This document shows positions 39,528 to 48,316 of a stretch of DNA of 58,173 nucleotides, piece after piece (position 1 is the stretch's first letter; every line of letters begins with the position of its first letter). The notes below the pieces were generated by a model. The model worked only from the letters and a program-made list of their open reading frames with translations. It had not been told where the DNA came from and made no database searches. The DNA is from Candidatus Thalassarchaeaceae archaeon (lineage in GTDB: Archaea > Thermoplasmatota > Poseidoniia > Poseidoniales > Thalassarchaeaceae). The translations under genes were made by a program, and so were the position numbers. The stretch spans positions 1 through 58,173 of the forward strand of contig JBKEHQ010000003.1 of assembly GCA_046710875.1 (NCBI GenBank), in the 5' to 3' direction.

Positions 39528-41525
39528 TCAGACTTTATTGAAAATTCCAGGTTCCCAAGCAGAAATCTTCCCTATAAATGCACTAGTCATAACCGTTAAT
39601 GGGCTAGCAAGATATAATTTTCCAGGACCCGAACGACCCTGAAAATTCCTATTTATGGCTGAAACTGTAACCTGTGAAGAATCATTGCTGACGCCCGGGC
39701 CTGCACCAATACATGCACCACATCCAGGATCAATAACTTTAATTCCAGCCTTTTCAAATAGATCTGTCCATCCATTTCTGATTGACAACTCCTTTACCGC
39801 TTTTGATCCAAATTGAATATAACACTCTACTCTCTCATTAATTTTAAGTCCAGCATCCAACGCTGCTTTGGTAACCATAGCATAATATGCAAAATCATCT
39901 TCTTTTCCTGCAGTACATGATCCAGCATATGCAATATCTATACTTACATCACCAATTTCATGTACAAAAGCTCCATTTGTAGGGTCAGAAGGTATCCCCA
40001 TATCAGGATCACCGGGGTGTGCTACCATTGGTAATATGTTTGATAAATCAATTATGTGGATACCTCCATCATAAACTGCACCTGGATCGGGCATTACAAA
40101 TCCATCTAGAATTTTTTCTGCAGTAAGATCGACCCTCCTTTCCAATAACCAATCTACTGTTAAAGAATCAGGCTCACATATACCTGTTTTGGCACTACAT
40201 TCAGTAGCCATATTACACAGGGTCGCTCGCTCATCCATTGATAGACTAACAAGACCAGGTCCACCAAATTCCATGCTCCTATCTAACGTTTCTGATTTGG
40301 CTGCATAATTAAGTAAAATATGTAAAATTACATCCTTTGCAGTACAACCATGATTCAAATTACCTATTAATTCGAATCTTATACTTTCGGGGACCTTTAC
40401 AAATGCAAATTGATTATGCACTAGATTTGCATATTCAGTAGAACCAACTCCATATGTTAGTGCATTAGAGGCACCTCCCATACACGTGTGCGAATCTGTC
40501 GCCTGAATAAAATCACCAACATCAATAAATTCTTCACGAGCAATTTGGTGACAAATACCTGGACTTACTCCATTTACAGCAGAATAATCTCTAACTCCAG
40601 TATGTTTTTGAAAAGCATTTTGCAATCTTCTCAAAGTTTCAATTTTTTCAGTATGAGGACTAAATTTTGGAACTCCAGTTGCATATAATAAATGGTCTTC
40701 AAATACAGCAAATTTTATTGGGTTTGGTAATGAATATCCATTTCCATATTCTTGTTGTAAAAATGTATGTACTTGTGCTGTAGTAAATTCATGAGAATAT
40801 CCTCCATCAACTTTTGCTAGAACTGCATCTCCAGGCTTTACATAATTTTCTTTGAGTGTTGTTAGTAGTTTATTTGCAATTATTTTCTCAGCCATTGTCA
40901 TAGGGCGTTTTTTGGTATGCGAAATTGGCAGTTTAATATCTCCATTTTTTAATTTTTTAGCAAAAGAAAATATTCCTCCATTTTCAATTATTAGTTTTGT
41001 AACTGGATCATAATTAGAGGTGAATTCAGATAAAGGAATCACTTCTCCATTTTGCATTCTCTCTAGCATGGAATACGTTCCCATCAATTGACCCAAATTT
41101 ATATTATTTCTCTCATGAATTGGTGCAAAAGAAGCAGCAATAATTATTCTAATTCCAGACCATCTTTCACATTGAGGTGCGGTTTCCCTACTTGATCCCG
41201 TACCTTTCCTATGTCCTGATACTATAACTTCAAAATTTCCATTTATTAAAGCATCCTTTTCAAAAACGCGTCTACCATTATGCATTAATCCTGCATAGGC
41301 ATTTTCTGCAATTTTAGCAGGATCATGATCAAAACAGACCCATGCAGGAGTCATCACATCAGTATTTATATCATCTAGCAAATCCTCTATTGTCAAATCC
41401 TCCATTCTTAAATTAAGACCTTCATAAAGTTGTTTCGAAATTAATTCTAAGTCTTTTGTTAAAAATAGAATTCTTTTGCCATCAGTAAGTTCAATATTGT
41501 TTGGCGGCCAACTATTTTCAGTCAT
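39528..41525 (-). CDS. Aconitase-family hydro-lyase with the swivel (LeuD-like) domain at the N-terminus (AcnB-like permuted order)
   Basis: The N-terminal GTGSSRETAPQ...FAPIHERNNINLG matches the small-subunit/swivel signature. Next come MTMAEKII, DSHTCMGGA, GSCTAGK and PGCGACIG, the Fe-S ligand motifs of the large domains. Confidence 0.8.
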   Translation of the reverse strand: MTENSWPPNNIELTDGKRILFLTKDLELISKQLYEGLNLRMEDLTIEDLLDDINTDVMTPAWVCFDHDPAKIAENAYAGLMHNGRRVFEKDALINGNFEVIVSGHRKGTGSSRETAPQCERWSGIRIIIAASFAPIHERNNINLGQLMGTYSMLERMQNGEVIPLSEFTSNYDPVTKLIIENGGIFSFAKKLKNGDIKLPISHTKKRPMTMAEKIIANKLLTTLKENYVKPGDAVLAKVDGGYSHEFTTAQVHTFLQQEYGNGYSLPNPIKFAVFEDHLLYATGVPKFSPHTEKIETLRRLQNAFQKHTGVRDYSAVNGVSPGICHQIAREEFIDVGDFIQATDSHTCMGGASNALTYGVGSTEYANLVHNQFAFVKVPESIRFELIGNLNHGCTAKDVILHILLNYAAKSETLDRSMEFGGPGLVSLSMDERATLCNMATECSAKTGICEPDSLTVDWLLERRVDLTAEKILDGFVMPDPGAVYDGGIHIIDLSNILPMVAHPGDPDMGIPSDPTNGAFVHEIGDVSIDIAYAGSCTAGKEDDFAYYAMVTKAALDAGLKINERVECYIQFGSKAVKELSIRNGWTDLFEKAGIKVIDPGCGACIGAGPGVSNDSSQVTVSAINRNFQGRSGPGKLYLASPLTVMTSAFIGKISAWEPGIFNKV

Positions 41526-41699
41526 TCACATCCCTCCTCCATCTATGGCACGGTCCGGCCCTATATCACAATTTTTGAAAATAATTTTTACATTTTGAAA
41601 TTTCTTTAATGTATAAATGTATGATATTTTAACTATCAGGCTTAAATAAGATGGGCTTTCGCACTATTTTACCTTTACTTAGAAAGGTGGATTGATATC

Positions 41700-42626
41700 A
41701 TGGTAAACGACCTCATTGAAGATACAGTAAAATGCACTGAATGCGCAAGTAGAAATCTAATAAAAGATGAAACTAGGGGTGAAATAGTATGCCAAGATTG
41801 TGGCCTTGTATTAGAAGACAATGTAATTGATCAAGGGGCAGAATGGAGAGTATTTAGTCCAGAACAAGGCGATCAAAGGGCCCGTACTGGAGCACCCATG
41901 ACTGTTATGCTTCATGATAAGGGACTTTCAACGGACATAGATTGGCAAAATAAGGATTATTCAGGAAAATCAATTTCTAGCAGATATAGAAGTCAATTTT
42001 ACCGAATGAGAAAATGGCAAAAAAGATCACGTGTTAGCAACGCTACAGAGAGAAATTTAGCTATGGCACTGGCGGAATTAGATAGGATGGCTAGCAGATT
42101 AGATTTGCCCAAGTCAATAAGAGAAGCTGCAGCTGTTAATTATAAAAAAGCCGTAGAAGCTAGATTAATTCGTGGACGGTCAATCGAAGGAGTAGCCGCT
42201 GCAAGTTTGTATGCCGCATGTCGACAATGTGCTAATCCTAGAACGTTGGATGAAATTGGTGAAGCTAGTCGTACAGGAAGAAAAGAGATAGGACGTACCT
42301 ACAGATTTATGGTTAGAGAACTTAAAATGAAAATACCACCTACTAAACCAGAAGATTACATCCCTCGGTTTTGTTCAGGATTAGATCTAGATGCAGAGGT
42401 CCAGGCGAAAGCATACGAATTAATTGCAGCAGCTCAAGAAAGAGAATTGACAAGTGGGCGAGGCCCAACTGGAATTGCTGCCTCAATTATTTATATTGCT
42501 AGCGTTCTTTGCGGAAAACGTAGAACCCAAAGAGAAGTAGCAGAAGTTGCAGGCGTTACTGAAGTTACAATCAGAAATCGATACAAAGAATTAATCCAAA
42601 ATCTAAATATTGAACTTGAAATATAA
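41700..42626 (+). CDS. tfb: Transcription initiation factor IIB (TFB)
   Basis: It has a zinc ribbon (CTECAS...CQDCG), a B-reader/linker and two cyclin-fold repeats ([17 protein letters not shown] and [15 protein letters not shown]). AGGTGGA lies 9 nt upstream of the ATG. Confidence 0.93.
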   Translation: MVNDLIEDTVKCTECASRNLIKDETRGEIVCQDCGLVLEDNVIDQGAEWRVFSPEQGDQRARTGAPMTVMLHDKGLSTDIDWQNKDYSGKSISSRYRSQFYRMRKWQKRSRVSNATERNLAMALAELDRMASRLDLPKSIREAAAVNYKKAVEARLIRGRSIEGVAAASLYAACRQCANPRTLDEIGEASRTGRKEIGRTYRFMVRELKMKIPPTKPEDYIPRFCSGLDLDAEVQAKAYELIAAAQERELTSGRGPTGIAASIIYIASVLCGKRRTQREVAEVAGVTEVTIRNRYKELIQNLNIELEI

Positions 42627-43985
42627 TTGGTGTATCTAATGGTTCGCCGCGATGCCGAACCTTTAATTTGGGAAAATTGCTCAAAAATTTTAGAAAGATA
42701 CGTTAAAGATTCGTATAATCAAGGTCCTTTGCCGCAACCTCCTCTCGAATCTCCAGATTTCCCTAGTTCACCTCCTAAAAGTTTAGATGCATTACTGTCC
42801 CAAACATCCGGCCTCTTTTCAATAGATAAAGCTGGATTCAAAGCAAAACTGTCAGAGATAATTTATAGTATAGAGCCAAATTATGTAAAAAGGCATATTG
42901 ATCCTGAATCTGAAAGAGAAAAATGGGCAATCAAAAATTTAGAAATAATATCAAAAAGAATTATAATTTTACAAATAAGGGATTGGCTCTCAACTGCATT
43001 GGATGACACAGCACCTGATACCGATAGATGGTATTTTGCAATTGCTACTATGATTGGGATGTGTTTTGAAGCATCTGAATTATGTAGAGAATATTGTTTT
43101 ACCTTTATCGTATCTATAGCAATGGCCCAATCTCCACTCTATCGAAGTAAATCTATCTCTTCTGGCCCACATCATATGGAGTGGGATTCATCTGTAGCAG
43201 AAGTGTTTGAAGAAAATATTCCTCATCAATCAGGACTAGTAGCCGTAAATCTCATACTTGATTACATATCTTCTTCATCAAACTCATCACATTCATTACT
43301 TCCATACTGGATCGAGAGTCTGTCCTCCTATCGTATTTTAACTCCATATTTGAATTTATTTTCGAGAATTAAATTAAATCTCAAAACTTCTGAAAAAGAA
43401 GAATCCGAAGCATTGATCAACGCAACAGTCAATTTAATACCAGATTACCACGAACAGTCAAAAGAGATATTAATTTCTGCAGTTGAGATGAATAATAAAG
43501 AAATAAGAAAAACTTTGTCAACCTCCCTTTCAAAATTATACTCTTATGATTCAAAATTAACATTATATTTACTTGACATATTACTATTTGATTCTGATGA
43601 AAACATATCAACATTGGCTACATCGACATTAGGTTTCATAATTAGAGTGGACACTAATGAGTTTTTACGAAGGGCACCAAAAGTTATTGATAATGGTAAT
43701 CAAAAAGCCATTCAGGTTCTTATTCACTCTAGTATAAGAGAATATTTAAATTTTGATATAATGGACAAAAGTAATTTAATGCCGAAACTATGGATTTTAA
43801 GTAATCTTACAAATAGATCGAAACTTGTAAGTTTTATTATGGAAATACATTCAGCAAACCCATCTTCCTTTTTACGTATTGCTAAAAACATTTTTGAAGA
43901 AGATCAAAAATCTTTTTTAGAATTTTACAATTGGATTGGGAAAAGAAATTCAAAGATTCAAGAATCATTAAATCAAATAAAATAA
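42627..43985 (+). CDS. Hypothetical, predominantly alpha-helical (possibly HEAT/ARM-like repeat) protein
   Basis: The ORF begins immediately after the tfb stop, at a TTG/GTG at 42627-42632 or an ATG at 42639. The Leu/Ile/Ser-rich helical pattern carries no catalytic motif. Confidence 0.55.
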   Translation: MVYLMVRRDAEPLIWENCSKILERYVKDSYNQGPLPQPPLESPDFPSSPPKSLDALLSQTSGLFSIDKAGFKAKLSEIIYSIEPNYVKRHIDPESEREKWAIKNLEIISKRIIILQIRDWLSTALDDTAPDTDRWYFAIATMIGMCFEASELCREYCFTFIVSIAMAQSPLYRSKSISSGPHHMEWDSSVAEVFEENIPHQSGLVAVNLILDYISSSSNSSHSLLPYWIESLSSYRILTPYLNLFSRIKLNLKTSEKEESEALINATVNLIPDYHEQSKEILISAVEMNNKEIRKTLSTSLSKLYSYDSKLTLYLLDILLFDSDENISTLATSTLGFIIRVDTNEFLRRAPKVIDNGNQKAIQVLIHSSIREYLNFDIMDKSNLMPKLWILSNLTNRSKLVSFIMEIHSANPSSFLRIAKNIFEEDQKSFLEFYNWIGKRNSKIQESLNQIK

Positions 43986-43986
43986 G

Positions 43987-44694
43987 GTGATTATAATATC
44001 AGCCGATAACAATAACTTTCTAGATATTAAAAGAACCGCAGAAATTGCTCAGATAAATGGAGACCCACTTTCTTGGTTTGAAACAATTTATTCAGATGCA
44101 AACGGTAAAATTGAAGGCATCCCATGGGCTAACTTAATTCCGAATCCAAATTTATTATCCTGGATTAATGCCCAAGGTGATAACTATTTTAAAAATAAAA
44201 AGGCATTGATTATTGGCTGTGGCCTTGGAGATGATGCAATTGCTTTATCTAAATTAGGAATGGATGTTTACGCATTTGATATATCCGAAACTTGTATAAA
44301 ATGGTGCCAAAAGAGATTTCCTAATTCAGATGTTCGCTGGTTTGTATATAATTTATTAGAATTGCCCAATTCTTGGAAAAATAATTTTGATTTAGTTGTT
44401 GAAGTACATATTTTACAAGCGGTCCATTCAAAAATACGCAATAAACTTGCTAAGACCTTATCTCCATTGGTAAGACAGGATGGTAATCTAATTTGTATTG
44501 GCAAAAAAAGACCTGAGAATGATAATGTCCCGAATCCATCTGGACCTCCATGGCCATTAAAGAAGTCATGGCTCATAGGCCAAATAAAAGATTTAAATCT
44601 CATAGGATATCAAATAATTGATGATACAAATTCTAGTACAATTATTAATATGGAGAATCAAAGATATATTGCTATTTTTAAAAAAGGTAAATAA
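43987..44694 (+). CDS. Class I SAM-dependent methyltransferase (TPMT/TehB-like pattern)
   Basis: Motif I ALIIGCGLGDDA, the acidic FDIS residue and an N-terminal W...Y......IPW segment reminiscent of thiol/halide methyltransferases are present. The start is a GTG. Confidence 0.7.
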   Translation: MIIISADNNNFLDIKRTAEIAQINGDPLSWFETIYSDANGKIEGIPWANLIPNPNLLSWINAQGDNYFKNKKALIIGCGLGDDAIALSKLGMDVYAFDISETCIKWCQKRFPNSDVRWFVYNLLELPNSWKNNFDLVVEVHILQAVHSKIRNKLAKTLSPLVRQDGNLICIGKKRPENDNVPNPSGPPWPLKKSWLIGQIKDLNLIGYQIIDDTNSSTIINMENQRYIAIFKKGK

Positions 44695-44703
44695 TTTTTG
44701 ATA

Positions 44704-45468
44704 CTAATCTTCATTAATTTTTGATAATAACTCATAATCCAAAGCAAACATGCTATCTAAACTTGAATTGTCTGATGCCATATTTTTCTTTCTAATATAT
44801 CTAATTAATTTTATCAAGGTTAATTTTTTAATCATATTAATAATACGCCATTTATTTCCAAAGGTACTATGATTATTTGCACTAACCTCACTCCATCCAA
44901 ATTTTTTAAATAATTTATCTTCTAAATTATTATTTTCAGTCTTAATTATTAAATCAAATTTTAAAATATTAATTAATGCTAATGCACAGTCCTCATTTGT
45001 TAATTTTTCTAATGGTAGACTAGTTTTTCTAGAAAATACTCTTACATAATAATTATCAGAAGTATAAACACTTGGATTTTTAATAAAATCTTCCAAAGTT
45101 TTTTCATTCGTATATCCAGAATAATAATCATAATTAAAGTTGGAAATAATTCTTTTTTTAGGATCTCGGATGCAAGTAATTAACACTACTCTAGAATCCT
45201 CATCTAGTAATTTAAAATTTGGAGCACCATACTCAGTAGCAACAAACGTAATACCAGATATTTCACATTCATTAACAAAATCTAATAATTGATTTTTACT
45301 GTATTCCCAAATTGGCAATACTTCTCCGATACTGTTTGTAGGATTTCCATTGTTATGATAATCAAATAATACTTCATTATTATTTATAGCCATATTAACA
45401 ATTAGTGTACCAGCAGATTTATGTAAATGCTGAAACCAAATTAATCGATACTCTCCCTCAGAGCCCAC
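44704..45468 (-). CDS. Putative PAPS-dependent sulfotransferase (divergent)
   Basis: It has a 5'-PSB-like loop (FQHLHKSAGT) and a 3'-PB-like motif (IRDPKKRIIS). The start is a GTG. Confidence 0.6.
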   Translation of the reverse strand: MGSEGEYRLIWFQHLHKSAGTLIVNMAINNNEVLFDYHNNGNPTNSIGEVLPIWEYSKNQLLDFVNECEISGITFVATEYGAPNFKLLDEDSRVVLITCIRDPKKRIISNFNYDYYSGYTNEKTLEDFIKNPSVYTSDNYYVRVFSRKTSLPLEKLTNEDCALALINILKFDLIIKTENNNLEDKLFKKFGWSEVSANNHSTFGNKWRIINMIKKLTLIKLIRYIRKKNMASDNSSLDSMFALDYELLSKINED

Positions 45469-45471
45469 GTC

Positions 45472-45487
45472 TGTTCACATGAGAACA
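45472..45487. promoter_or_regulatory. Near-perfect 16-bp palindrome in the divergent sulfotransferase intergenic region (candidate operator)
   Basis: TGTTCACATGAGAACA has the form TGTTC-N6-GAACA. It is nested with the inverted repeat CGTCTGT (45468-45474) and ACAGACG (45498-45504). Confidence 0.35.
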
Positions 45488-45564
45488 TACTTTTGATACA
45501 GACGGTCGTTTTCGCCTACTTCAAGGTGCTAGAATAAGGAGTACATATTAGGAGACATTTATTC

Positions 45565-46467
45565 ATGCAACCAATTGATGCTTTCATTGTAGGAGTTCCT
45601 AAAGCAGGAACTACTTGGTTAGCAAATACTATGTCCCAACATTCACAAATTCAAATTTCCGATCCAAAAGAACCCAATATTATAAGCTCTCATAAAGGGA
45701 CCTTTGACAGAATATTAAGGGAACCAAACTGGCTTGATTATGAAAATTGCTTTACAAAAAATGGGTTACGTATAGATGCGTCTGTTCATACATTTGCTTG
45801 TCCACTTTCTCCCAAAAGAATATTCAATAAAATACCAGATATGAAATTTATATTATGTTTAAGGGAACCTATATCAAGGACAATTAGTCACTGGAGTATG
45901 GTCAGAGATACCAAATCTGATATTGAGAATAATGTAGACTGGTCTGATTTTTTAATTGCATGGTCCGATGACCGTCTAAAGAGTAGCTCATTGTATGGCC
46001 AATGTATGGAAAGATGGCTTGAATATTTCTCAATTGATAATTTTTTAATTATCGATAGTAAGCATATGAGGAATGAGCCAAATAAAATATTATCCCAAGT
46101 CGAGACTTTTTTAAATTTAGATTCTCATGATTATAGTATCAATTTACAAAAACATGCAAATAGTGCAAGCGATCGTCGACCCTTAACTGCATTGGGTAAG
46201 TTATTCAGGTATGCTTTCTCTATTATTCCAAAAACTATTAAGAAACCTATAGTAAATAAATTACAGTCTATTGATTTAAATATTTACTCTATGCCAATAA
46301 TCAGTGGTAAACCAAAAATAAGAAAAGTTAATAAAAATTATTATAAAATATGTTCAAATATAGTAATCAATGATTTAATAAAATTTGAGAAACTAACGGG
46401 CTATTCAACAGCTCATTGGATTACAGAGATCAACCAATATTCTTCTGATTCTAATCAAATATCTTAA
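45565..46467 (+). CDS. PAPS-dependent sulfotransferase
   Basis: The 5'-PSB loop GVPKAGTTW and the 3'-PB motif LREPISRTIS are present. TAGGAGA lies upstream of the ATG. Confidence 0.8.
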   Translation: MQPIDAFIVGVPKAGTTWLANTMSQHSQIQISDPKEPNIISSHKGTFDRILREPNWLDYENCFTKNGLRIDASVHTFACPLSPKRIFNKIPDMKFILCLREPISRTISHWSMVRDTKSDIENNVDWSDFLIAWSDDRLKSSSLYGQCMERWLEYFSIDNFLIIDSKHMRNEPNKILSQVETFLNLDSHDYSINLQKHANSASDRRPLTALGKLFRYAFSIIPKTIKKPIVNKLQSIDLNIYSMPIISGKPKIRKVNKNYYKICSNIVINDLIKFEKLTGYSTAHWITEINQYSSDSNQIS

Positions 46468-46499
46468 TATAAAAATAATATACGGAGTTATAGGATATT

Positions 46500-47453
46500 A
46501 TGCAATCAATCCTCGACGTTCCAAATTTATTATTGATTGGAGGTCCAAAATGTGGAACTACTTCTTTGTTAACATGGCTTCGAAAACATCCTGAAATATA
46601 TCATCCATGGGAAAAAATACCAATTAGTGCCTCAGAGAGTGGTTTTTTATTGGGGGGAGTTAGTGATTTACCCTTTAGTCCAACTAAGCCAAAAGGCACA
46701 TTAATTTTACCCAATGAGATTAATATGGATAGATATAAACAGGAATCTTGGATTATAGATAAATCTCCACAACATCTTTACTCTACTAAAGCTTTAGATT
46801 CTGTTGCTAATTTATTACCTAAAGCCAAAGTCATCATAACACTTAGAGATCCATATGATTTATTTATTTCATGGCATGGAGAAATGAATAAAACAATAAA
46901 TTATGATGTATCTCTTGAAGAATTATTAGTGGCAATAGAAGAAAAAGCATGGCGAGCAAATACAAATGATTCCGACACATGGTCCTTTCTTACATATCCT
47001 CAATACTCCAGTTTTGTCAAGTTATGGATAGATAAATTAGGGGAAGATAGAGTGAGGGTAATTACACTTTCTAACATTTCTAAAAATCCTGCTTTTGTAC
47101 TTCAATCTCTCTCTAAATGGTTGGATATAGATTCTCAAAAAATGCCTAATGATTTTACCATAAAAAATGTAAGTGGTATACTATCAATAAATCCTTTAAG
47201 AAAAATTTTACGCAATCCTCCAAAAATATTTTTTTTCTTAGCGCGAATATTTCTTCCAAGTAGGGCACTCCGAAAGATTTTAATCGACCCAATTCGTAGA
47301 TTAGGCTGGAAATATGTTCCAAACCTGAAATCTACTGTTTCTAAAGAAATAGAGGCTAGAGTAAGGATGAAGTTGAGTAAAGATATTGAATTTTTTGAAA
47401 ACTTACAAGACTATGTCCCACCGCAAGTCTTAATCAATTATGATTCATCTTAA
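46500..47453 (+). CDS. PAPS-dependent sulfotransferase
   Basis: The 5'-PSB loop GGPKCGTTS and the 3'-PB motif LRDPYDLFIS are present. Confidence 0.8.
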   Translation: MQSILDVPNLLLIGGPKCGTTSLLTWLRKHPEIYHPWEKIPISASESGFLLGGVSDLPFSPTKPKGTLILPNEINMDRYKQESWIIDKSPQHLYSTKALDSVANLLPKAKVIITLRDPYDLFISWHGEMNKTINYDVSLEELLVAIEEKAWRANTNDSDTWSFLTYPQYSSFVKLWIDKLGEDRVRVITLSNISKNPAFVLQSLSKWLDIDSQKMPNDFTIKNVSGILSINPLRKILRNPPKIFFFLARIFLPSRALRKILIDPIRRLGWKYVPNLKSTVSKEIEARVRMKLSKDIEFFENLQDYVPPQVLINYDSS

Positions 47454-48266
47454 ATTTTTAGATACATCCTTGGGCTCTCCAATTGTTTTTTTCCTAATTA
47501 TCCAGAAAATTGAAACTAGCCACGCTCTACTCCATAAATTCCAAGATTCAAACCTATTCAATTTCTTAACATCATTAGGGGTTTGAATAATTCGTAATTC
47601 TCGTTGGAGCTTCCACAGGCTTCCATTTCGTATACTTTCAAATGATATTAATCCTGCAGCACTTTCTACATATTTTTTTGGATTACACCGATAAAGTAGT
47701 TGTTCCGATCTTGGATATGGTGCATAAATGCCCATTGAGCCTAAAGGTTCTGGATGATGCATTATACATTTTGAAGACCACACTATAGAGTACCCTGCAT
47801 CGATCACTTTCCATGCCAAATCTGTATCTTCCCTATGTAGAAAGTACCTCTCATCAAAACCATTTACTATTTCTAATGCTTCTCTCCTAATAATTAGATT
47901 AGCAGTCTTGAACCTATCCCACTTAAATCTATTAGGCGGATTGTAAGGTATAGTATTACCAAGAGTATCCTGAGTTGTCATAGCCCCTTCAATGCCACCA
48001 ACATCAGGATTTTCAAGAATTTCTTGTATTGTTTCAATCCAGTTTTTCGGCGCAATACAATCGTCATCAAGGAAGGCTACAACATCGGCACTACCTCTCT
48101 TCCATCCAATATTTCTTGAAATGCCCGGTCCATAGTCTGTCTCTGAATCATCTATGACTTCAATTGAAGTAGGGCTAACAGTTTGTTTTGACAGTGATTC
48201 TAAACATTTAGCCAACTCTACAGGGCGCCGAAAGGTGGGAATTACCACATCAACACTCACAGCCAT
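47445..48266 (-). CDS. Family 2 glycosyltransferase
   Basis: The N-terminal VDVVIPTFRRP, the DxD region FLDDDC and a GT-A fold pattern are present. Confidence 0.85.
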   Translation of the reverse strand: MAVSVDVVIPTFRRPVELAKCLESLSKQTVSPTSIEVIDDSETDYGPGISRNIGWKRGSADVVAFLDDDCIAPKNWIETIQEILENPDVGGIEGAMTTQDTLGNTIPYNPPNRFKWDRFKTANLIIRREALEIVNGFDERYFLHREDTDLAWKVIDAGYSIVWSSKCIMHHPEPLGSMGIYAPYPRSEQLLYRCNPKKYVESAAGLISFESIRNGSLWKLQRELRIIQTPNDVKKLNRFESWNLWSRAWLVSIFWIIRKKTIGEPKDVSKNLR

Positions 48267-48289
48267 GGCTTAAACGACATACTGGCTCG

Positions 48290-48297
48290 TATTTATA
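48290..48297 (-). promoter_or_regulatory. Candidate TATA box for a leaderless GT2 transcript
   Basis: The minus strand reads TATAAATA, ending 23 nt upstream of the GT2 ATG (48266). No SD sequence lies in between. Confidence 0.35.
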
Positions 48298-48316
48298 TGA
48301 GTTGATTTATGGTGGT

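Noticed and set aside
41573-41600. Repeated TTTTGAAA octamers 20 nt apart in the aconitase/TFB divergent spacer.
   Set aside because: An A/T-only 8-mer recurring in a spacer that is very AT-rich is expected by chance. I note it only as a weak candidate.
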